Shown piece after piece: positions 26,022 to 32,000 of a DNA stretch of 32,000 bases. Origin of the DNA: Propionibacteriaceae bacterium. GTDB lineage: Bacteria; Actinomycetota; Actinomycetes; Propionibacteriales; Propionibacteriaceae. The notes below the pieces were generated by a model, which worked only from the letters and a program-made list of their open reading frames with translations, did not search any database and was not told the DNA's origin. Location of the stretch: positions 150,601 through 182,600 of the forward strand of contig JAIRQE010000006.1 of NCBI GenBank assembly GCA_031256725.1. The letters are read 5' to 3'. Both the position numbers and the translations under genes were made by a program. The first letter of the stretch is position 1. Each line of letters begins with the position of its first letter.

Positions 26022-26151
26022 CACACCCCGAACGAAACGAACCAGTATTTAGGGGTATCTTTTTCGTTTGGTGGAGTTCCACCGTGTTTGCTGCTGGTTT
26101 TGATGTCGATATTCCACCAATCGCTTCAAGAGAGCCACGATTAGTGGTTAT

Positions 26152-26233
26152 GTGTCAGGACATAGGTGACAGCGGGGTGTCAGGACATCGGTGACACTTT
26201 GGTTGGGTTTGGTGGTGACACTTTGGGGGGGGG
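26152..26233. repeat. Direct repeats carrying GGTGACA at ~25-bp spacing, followed by a G9 homopolymer
   Basis: gtgtcaggacatAggtgaca (26152-26171) and gtgtcaggacatCggtgaca (26177-26196) form one pair. ggtgacactttgg occurs at 26190-26202 and 26214-26226. Nine consecutive G lie at 26225-26233. Confidence 0.85.
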
Positions 26234-26316
26234 TATTGATGATGGGTGAAAGAGAAAAGATTTCTGGTTGATCCTCGTGTCCGTTTGGCTATCTTGAATC
26301 CCCCTCCGGAGAGTGT

Positions 26317-27165
26317 TTAGTGTTGCATTCCAGCTTCTGCTAGAACGCTGTCATGGATAGCATGGTAGATGGTTTCTGCTTGGGTTGGTGGGATGTCTCC
26401 GCAGTATTGGTAGAGACGCTGATGGTTGAACCAGTTCACCCATTCAGCAGTAGCAAATTCGACCTCGTCCACGTTTTTCCAGGGCTTCCGGGGTTTAATG
26501 AGTTCAGTTTTATACAACCCATTCACAGTTTCGGCTAGCGCATTATCATAGGAGTCACCGACCGAGCCCACTGACGGAGTAATACCCGCCTCGGTCAACC
26601 GTTGCCCATACATTAACGACGTATATTGACGACCACGATCCGAGTGGGCCACGAGGGCTGTCAGGTCACCGTGGCCTTCATGGTCTCGAACCCAGATCGC
26701 ATGCTCACAAGCATCCAGAACCAGGTCAGTAGTCATTGTTGTACTTACCCGCCATCCCAAGATTCTCCGGGCAAACCCGTCAATCACGAATGCAACATAC
26801 ACCCATCCAGCCCACGTGGACACATACGTAATATCGGCAACCCAGAGTTGGTTCGGAGCAGTCGGGGTCAACATTCTCTCCACATGATCAACAGCGACCT
26901 CATGGGAATCATCTGGGATTGTTGTGCGATGCGGACTGCCTCGATGAATCCCGTGAATACCCATGTCAGCCATGAGTCGTTCCACAGTGCACCTCGCCAC
27001 AGGGATGCCTTCCTTATTCAGGGTTAACCAGATCTTCCTGGCTCCATACACCCGATAATTCGCATCATAAACACGACGAATATGCTCACGCAGAACCATG
27101 TCTCGCTGCTCACGAGGGGTGGGAAGCTTGTCCCGCCATTCATAATACGTGGACGGGGCAATCCG
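26317..27165 (-). pseudogene. IS3-family transposase OrfB (DDE/rve integrase core), disrupted from its N-terminal segment by an extra frameshift
   Basis: DDE region: WVADITYV, HSDRGRQYTS, NALAETVNGLYKTE. The post-slippage frame ends at a TGA (27140-27142), while the DDE frame opens only after a TAG (27166-27168). The junction reads SEHGIA|IAPSTYYEW, which is consistent with one extra base near 27163-27166. Confidence 0.7.
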
Positions 27166-27261
27166 CTATCCCATGCTCACTGAGCACTCGACAGATCGGT
27201 TCGACCCCCCACCGTAAACCATCTGAATCATGGTCACGATATTCACCAATGAAATCCACGA

Positions 27262-27585
27262 TCACAGTCCTGGCCGGTCTAACTCGGCCGCAAAAAAAGC
27301 TGATGCCGCTTTCAGGATTGCGTTCGCTCGACGCAGTTCAGCATTCTCTCTTTTCAACCGTTTCAGCTCAACTGATTCCTCACTGGTCACCCCAGGGCGT
27401 TGACCAGCATCAACCTGGGTTTGACGCACCCAACGAAGCACTGCCGCCCCAGAACCCACACCCAGCAATTCAGCAACCCTGTTCACGGTAGCGGTATCCG
27501 AAGAGTAATTATCCCTCGACTCCTGAAACATCCTCACAGCACGGGCCCTCAACTCAGGAGAATACCTATTATTCGCACTCGACAT
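27262..27585 (-). CDS. IS3-family transposase OrfA (HTH/leucine-zipper part)
   Basis: 107 aa: YSPELRARAVRM ... ELKRLKRENAELRRANAILKAASAFFAAE. This is the typical IS3 OrfA ending at the frameshift window. Confidence 0.9.
   Translation of the reverse strand: MSSANNRYSPELRARAVRMFQESRDNYSSDTATVNRVAELLGVGSGAAVLRWVRQTQVDAGQRPGVTSEESVELKRLKRENAELRRANAILKAASAFFAAELDRPGL
27292..27298 (-). other. Putative programmed -1 ribosomal frameshift site (U UUU UUU on the transposase strand)
   Basis: A7 on the + strand is T7 in the orfA frame (GCT TTT TTT GCG). The -1 frame continues as ...TVIVDFIGEYRDHDSDGLRWGVEPICRVLSEHGI, which is the typical N-terminus of IS3 OrfB. Confidence 0.6.
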
Positions 27586-27660
27586 GACTCAAACCTTCCT
27601 TCCAAATCAAACAGAGTCAAGTCTCCGGACTCGCCGGGGGGATTCATTCCGGGGGATTCA

Positions 27661-27916
27661 GCGCGCTGGGTCGTCCGTCGCGTTGACTGTAGAACAGTGG
27701 CGTGGAGTGGTTGTTGCGCTGGTCAGAGTGGAACTCGTTGAGGTAGCCACGCAGGTGGTCAACGGTTTTCCTCATGAGTGGCATGTTCCTGGTTTTCCCG
27801 CCTTTACCAGACGAGTCAAAAATGTTGCAGCAGCCATCCCAGAACATACATGCTCCGATAAGTAGTCCAGGATTTTGTCCGCACCCCCACAGGGCAACTT
27901 CAACTTGACAAAACAT
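27661..27916 (-). pseudogene. Tyrosine recombinase (phage-integrase family) internal fragment, truncated by the IS3 insertion
   Basis: ...FDSSGKGGKTRNMPLMRKTVDHLRGYLNEFH...TPLFYSQRDGRPSA matches the GKGxKxRxVPL...L..YL...PLF segment of integrase catalytic domains. The reading frame runs straight into the IS terminal repeat. The N-terminal domain and the C-terminal HxxR/Y region are absent. Confidence 0.6.
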
Positions 27917-28012
27917 AGATTGATACTAGAGTGTTAATAGTTTTAGAATTTTCGTTCAAAGGTTGAACGTATTCTGGAGACTGTATTGAAAACCCATCCG
28001 AATGGAGGAAAA

Positions 28013-28309
28013 ATGAAAAACCGTATTGTCCCCGCCATGGCTGCTGCTTTACTTGCCTTTGGTGGAATAGGGCTCGTAGCAGCTTCTGAGGCCACTGCGC
28101 CTGAGGCACAGGCGGCAACCTGTTATTACAGCAATCTCTCTACATCTAGAGTCTTAAATGTAAATTGCACAGCAGGTGGTGCCTATGGATACAAGAATTC
28201 AGCTAATGCATCCACGGGTTACCGAGTAGGAGCTTGGGTGTCACCGGGATACTATTCCTATAACCCCAACCCAGTTTGCTATGCCTACCCTACTATGGTT
28301 AAGAGATGA
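28013..28309 (+). CDS. Small secreted Tyr/Gly/Asn-rich protein with three Cys (bacteriocin-like candidate)
   Basis: ATG 28013 is preceded by GGAGGA (28004-28009); the listed TTG 27986 is less likely. It has a Sec signal peptide (MKNRIVPAMAAALLAFGGIGLVAASEATA) and a mature part of ~69 aa. Confidence 0.7.
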   Translation: MKNRIVPAMAAALLAFGGIGLVAASEATAPEAQAATCYYSNLSTSRVLNVNCTAGGAYGYKNSANASTGYRVGAWVSPGYYSYNPNPVCYAYPTMVKR

Positions 28310-28330
28310 TAGTGAGTTTATCAACCATTA

Positions 28331-29029
28331 TTGGATAATTCAGCCCAGTGTACTATGTCTAAAATTAAGAAATCTATAAATGTAGTTGGCGGGGATCCTA
28401 TCGACCTCGCTGTTAAGACTAGCTGGATTAGTGACTCTGTGGTCCACCACTTCGTTAAAAAATCCACGAGGAGAAGTTCTCGCCTGGGTCTTGTGCTGGT
28501 GGTGGGCCTCAGTGTCATGGTATTGGCAGCTTGTTCAACCATTGACAAAACTGCTACTCCACAGTTTACTGGCCCGTGGGGCGATATCTATGCTTACTAT
28601 TATGAGACATCAGAAAGTGAGTTAGGTCGAGAAATTTTGAGTGATGGAGTTATCACTGATATGGAATTTCAGGAGGCAATGCTGGAAATCGAGCAGTGCT
28701 ATCTGAATGATGGATTTAGGGTTACATATGATCCGTATGGATTCGAAACTGTTGAGAGTATTGGTGGAACGCAGGATCCACTTGAAGAGATGGGGAAATG
28801 TGCTTTTGCCGATGGTGGAGTCGTTGTTTTATACTACCAGATAGCTCGAAATCCTAACCATATGAGTGAGGAGGAACTGTTGGCTGAATGTCTCGTTCGA
28901 ATAGAAGTTGTCGAGCCAGGGTTTACCGCACAGGACTTTGAACGTGCTATGCAATCGGGAGTGATACCTTGGGATTCAACTGATCCACGTGTGACGGAGT
29001 GCTATAAAAACCCTTTGGACCTATTTTGA
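28331..29029 (+). CDS. Putative lipoprotein of unknown function
   Basis: A basic stretch (KKSTRRSSR), a hydrophobic core and a lipobox (VLAA-C-S). The start is uncertain: TTG 28331, ATG 28355 or GTG 28439. Confidence 0.6.
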   Translation: MDNSAQCTMSKIKKSINVVGGDPIDLAVKTSWISDSVVHHFVKKSTRRSSRLGLVLVVGLSVMVLAACSTIDKTATPQFTGPWGDIYAYYYETSESELGREILSDGVITDMEFQEAMLEIEQCYLNDGFRVTYDPYGFETVESIGGTQDPLEEMGKCAFADGGVVVLYYQIARNPNHMSEEELLAECLVRIEVVEPGFTAQDFERAMQSGVIPWDSTDPRVTECYKNPLDLF

Positions 29030-29044
29030 TGAGAAGATCTAGTT

Positions 29045-30106
29045 GTGAATACTGCAAAGCAGACTGATAACAGTACGCACACTAAGCGTCGATGGGTGCC
29101 ATTGTTCATAGTGGTGCTTACTGGTGTCATGGGGATGGGAGTCGCTGCTGGGTCATTGTTCTTTCCGATTTCCACGCCTGCTCCATTGGAATCCTCGGGA
29201 ATTATCGCAGAGGCCCCCGTTGACATCGGTGGGTTCTCGGATTCACGCACTATTTCGCTGCTGGTGTCTACTGTCGAAGGTGCTCACCTTAAGGTAGCAA
29301 GATCTGGATTGGTTACTGCATCTTCATGTTCTCCCGGTGTAACCATAAAATCAGGTTCTACGATGGTCAGTATAGATGGGCAACCAATTTTAGCTCTTGC
29401 CACCAGTCAGCCACTATGGAGAGAATTTCCAGTCGGTTCAACTGGCCGTGATGTGGATGTCTTGTTTTCTGCCTTGCGGGAGTTGGGTATTGAGATTAAA
29501 GGGCAGACTGTTACTAGGTCTGTGCTGCGATCATATGAAGGCCTACTGAAATCGATTGGTGTGTCAACAGCCATTACCAGTATCGAACCATCGGACTTAA
29601 TGTGGCTTCCAGCAAGTGAGGTTACTGTCTCTTCATGTGATCTCCATATTGGTGGTGAGATATCTGGACGTACCACCGTTGCCACCTTACCTCCCACAGT
29701 TTCATCGATTACACTCAAAGAAGTTCCTGGGGATCTAACTCCTGGGGACCGAATGCTCATTATTGATGGGATAGAAATTCCAACAGATGATCAAGGTAAC
29801 GTTATTGCGCCTGAGGCGCTCAATCTCATCTCCCAAACCCAATCATTCGTACGCGCAACTACTACCGAGTCAGAAGTCATCATTACTGCTTCATGGTCTC
29901 TAGTAGAACCTGTTGAGTCCTGGACGATTCCCCCAAGTGCAATTGTTGTAGGAAAAACAGGGACATGCATCGTTGTGGATGGAAAACCCACTGCTATTAC
30001 GATTGTTGGATCTCAGTTAGGACAAACATTCGTGGTGCCGCAAGACTCATCTTTGCGCCCAAACATGGTGTCCCTGTCTCCTTCTGATCTGTCTCAATGT
30101 GAGTGA
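29045..30106 (+). CDS. Membrane-anchored HlyD/MacA-like periplasmic adaptor with a peptidoglycan-binding-like insert
   Basis: N-terminal TM (WVPLFIVVLTGVMGMGVAAG). The pattern IKSGSTMVSIDGQPILAL...PLWREFPVGSTGRDVDVLFSALRELGI is that of actinobacterial adaptor proteins. The C-terminal beta-rich segment is IPPSAIVVGKTGTCIVVDGKP. Confidence 0.55.
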   Translation: MNTAKQTDNSTHTKRRWVPLFIVVLTGVMGMGVAAGSLFFPISTPAPLESSGIIAEAPVDIGGFSDSRTISLLVSTVEGAHLKVARSGLVTASSCSPGVTIKSGSTMVSIDGQPILALATSQPLWREFPVGSTGRDVDVLFSALRELGIEIKGQTVTRSVLRSYEGLLKSIGVSTAITSIEPSDLMWLPASEVTVSSCDLHIGGEISGRTTVATLPPTVSSITLKEVPGDLTPGDRMLIIDGIEIPTDDQGNVIAPEALNLISQTQSFVRATTTESEVIITASWSLVEPVESWTIPPSAIVVGKTGTCIVVDGKPTAITIVGSQLGQTFVVPQDSSLRPNMVSLSPSDLSQCE

Positions 30107-30109
30107 ATC

Positions 30110-30712
30110 ATGCATGTAAAACTGCACGGTATTGCTCACCAGTTTCCTGGCCAACACTTCCTTTTTCGTGAACTCAACACCACTTTACTCACTAATCGTG
30201 TATACGCATTAGTGGGTTCCTCAGGTTCCGGCAAGAGTACTCTATTATCGATCCTAACTGGGTGGCTTAGACCCACAGAAGGCAGTATTTCCTATGAGGG
30301 TATCGTTCGTATTGGGTGGGTATTTCAAAATCCTCATGGGGTTCCGCATCGAAGTGCGATTGATCATGTGATTGTGCCGCTGCTTGCTCGAGGGTTATAT
30401 CGTAATGATGCGAAAAAGCGAGCCGGTGAACTCCTTTCTGACTTTGATTTGGCACATATTGCAGATCGTCCATTCTGCGCCTTGTCTGGAGGGGAAGCGC
30501 AACGGCTGATGCTAGCTCGGGGTATTGCTGCTAAACCTCATTTGTTTCTTGTAGATGAACCGACGGCACAATTGGATACTCATACTGCACAAACAGTGAA
30601 CAAGACTCTGCAGTCACTTGCTCGAATGGAAACCATTGTCGTGGTTGCAACCCATGATCCTTGCACCCGAGACTCCTGTACGGACATCATTGATCTTAGT
30701 AGGTTCTCATGA
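30110..30712 (+). CDS. ABC transporter ATP-binding protein (short, MacB/FtsE-like)
   Basis: Walker A GSSGSGKST, signature LSGGEAQR, Walker B LFLVDEPTAQLD and H-loop ATHD, in only 200 aa. Confidence 0.9.
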   Translation: MHVKLHGIAHQFPGQHFLFRELNTTLLTNRVYALVGSSGSGKSTLLSILTGWLRPTEGSISYEGIVRIGWVFQNPHGVPHRSAIDHVIVPLLARGLYRNDAKKRAGELLSDFDLAHIADRPFCALSGGEAQRLMLARGIAAKPHLFLVDEPTAQLDTHTAQTVNKTLQSLARMETIVVVATHDPCTRDSCTDIIDLSRFS

Positions 30713-31776
30713 GTTGGGTTTTTGGAGAAGCCATTCGGAATCTGGTTACGGGTACAACTAAGCCCATTCGGCTGGTCTTTCTTTTTGTGCTTGCCTGCAT
30801 TATTCCCACTATGGCTGATCTTCTCACTGTACAAAGCCTCATGCAGGAAGCCCTTCGCTATCGTGACTCAGGAGCAGCCACGATTACTGTTCTAAGTCCT
30901 GGTCGAATAAAGGGAGATGTTTGTGACGATCTCTCGCAGGTTCCCTCTGTGATAGCATCTGGAGCCATACGACATGATGATAACTCCTATTCCAGTGTTG
31001 CAATGCCGAATGGGGTTATTGCATCCTATTCCATCACTGAAGGTGCCTTGTCCGTGTTCCGTGTTGACAATATGAATGAAGGTGGTGTCGCTATATCCTC
31101 GACGGTTGCCTTTACTCTTGGCATTGCACCTGGTGATTCTCTAGTTTTGACCACTGGAAGAACCACAGTTCGAGGTGTATATGACTGGCCCAATGATGGG
31201 AGAAGACCCGGATTCGATTTTGCTATGCTCATACCTGTGCCCACAAGTGAACTCTTTGATGAGTGTTGGGTCACTACCTGGCCAATGACTGAGAGTGTTC
31301 AAACACTACTGAATTTGTCTATAGATAACTCTGCCGGTGACACGAACGCGAGAACAGAATACTCGCAAGTAAATTCGGCTTTGGGCAAGGAATTCACTGG
31401 TACCGAAAGGTTCAATCACCGAATGACTCAGTTCGCTTCAGTAATAGTTTTTGGGTTGACAGGGCTCCTGAGTTTTGTCATGGTCTGGTCCCGACGACTC
31501 GAATTATCATCTGCACAACACGTAGGTGTGACATGGTGGGCCCAACTAACTCAACTATTAGTCGAACACGGAATATGTTTCCTAGTAGGGTCGGGAATAA
31601 TCCTCGGTATTAACGCAATGATTATTGCTTCCATAGTCCCTGTGGATACCGAAGGCCTGTGGAGCATCGCATGGAGAAATCTAGCTTATGCCCTATATGG
31701 GTCTCTAGCTGGGTTAGTAATGACCTCTTGCATGATTACCCCGAAAAGGCTGTTCCGATATTTCAAGGTGAGATGA
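30709..31776 (+). CDS. FtsX/MacB-type ABC permease
   Basis: The start overlaps the ATPase stop (ATGA). The topology is one N-terminal TM, a ~200-aa extracytoplasmic domain and three C-terminal TM helices. Confidence 0.7.
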   Translation: MSWVFGEAIRNLVTGTTKPIRLVFLFVLACIIPTMADLLTVQSLMQEALRYRDSGAATITVLSPGRIKGDVCDDLSQVPSVIASGAIRHDDNSYSSVAMPNGVIASYSITEGALSVFRVDNMNEGGVAISSTVAFTLGIAPGDSLVLTTGRTTVRGVYDWPNDGRRPGFDFAMLIPVPTSELFDECWVTTWPMTESVQTLLNLSIDNSAGDTNARTEYSQVNSALGKEFTGTERFNHRMTQFASVIVFGLTGLLSFVMVWSRRLELSSAQHVGVTWWAQLTQLLVEHGICFLVGSGIILGINAMIIASIVPVDTEGLWSIAWRNLAYALYGSLAGLVMTSCMITPKRLFRYFKVR

Positions 31777-32000
31777 TTTCCCGAGGCCACTTATGATGTG
31801 TCCTTGTAGGCACTAGAGTGTAGGAAACCCTGAAAGGACACCCATGGAACCAACAAGAGAAAACCGGCTCTTCACAATCTTGCCTTCGTGTCCGCGGGTA
31901 GTCGGTCGTTCGTTCGTGTATGAAAATGGGTGGTGTGGGTTTCTGGGTTGAGGCCGACTCTCTATGGTCGTTGGAGGCCGTATTCTAGCCGGGTCGGGTC

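Larger units (their letters stand above)
26295..27660 (-). mobile_element. IS3-family insertion sequence (~1.37 kb), probably inactive
   Basis: orfA and orfB have a T7 slippery site between them. The terminal sequence TGAATCCCCC at 26295-26304 is matched by its reverse complement gggggattca at 27651-27660, and a second copy lies at 27636-27645. The exact right end is uncertain and I found no clear target-site duplication. Confidence 0.75.

Noticed and set aside
25482-26144. ORFs 25482-25943 (minus) and 25950-26144 (plus) around the inverted repeat
   Set aside because: The first is antisense to the 212-aa gene. The shared KLHVPxTH peptide is simply a consequence of the inverted repeat. There is no RBS or motif support for either.
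27249-27865. Plus-strand ORFs (80, 113 and 93 aa) across the IS3 orfA region and the integrase fragment
   Set aside because: They are antisense to the recognisable IS3 OrfA and integrase sequences, and they are proline/arginine-rich shadow frames.

Overview
This window looks like 32 kb of chromosomal DNA from a moderate-GC Gram-positive actinobacterium. That is an inference from frequent GTG/TTG starts, Tat and lipobox signals, a sortase-type surface protein and a sugar ABC operon with no ATPase gene; no taxon can be assigned without a database search. Content in order: (1) The 3' 3.5 kb of a very large Ig-repeat surface adhesin. (2) A ParD-like/zeta-like toxin-antitoxin pair. (3) A sugar ABC uptake operon (binding protein plus 2 permeases), convergent with an AGE-family epimerase. 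(4) An AT-richer two-gene module: a PLD-nuclease::SNF2-ATPase fusion translationally coupled to a ~1080-aa gamma-class N6-adenine methyltransferase, preceded by a (CT)22 microsatellite and a perfect 25-bp tandem duplication. This is my top candidate for an undescribed or poorly described defence system. (5) A CDF metal exporter. (6) A membrane-bound [NiFe] uptake hydrogenase cluster: small subunit, large subunit, cytochrome b with an unusual N-terminal extension resembling a P-type ATPase N-domain, endopeptidase, hypA, a HupK-like large-subunit paralog, and hypC. (7) A mobile-DNA scar: 27-bp inverted repeats, GGTGACA direct repeats, a G9 tract, an IS3-family element with an extra frameshift, and an integrase fragment. 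(8) An AT-richer five-gene cluster resembling a bacteriocin export/immunity locus: a small secreted Tyr/Cys-rich protein, a lipoprotein, a HlyD/MacA-like adaptor, an ABC ATPase and an FtsX-type permease. I saw no rRNA, tRNA or CRISPR array. All protein calls rest on motifs read from the supplied translations; no database search was possible.
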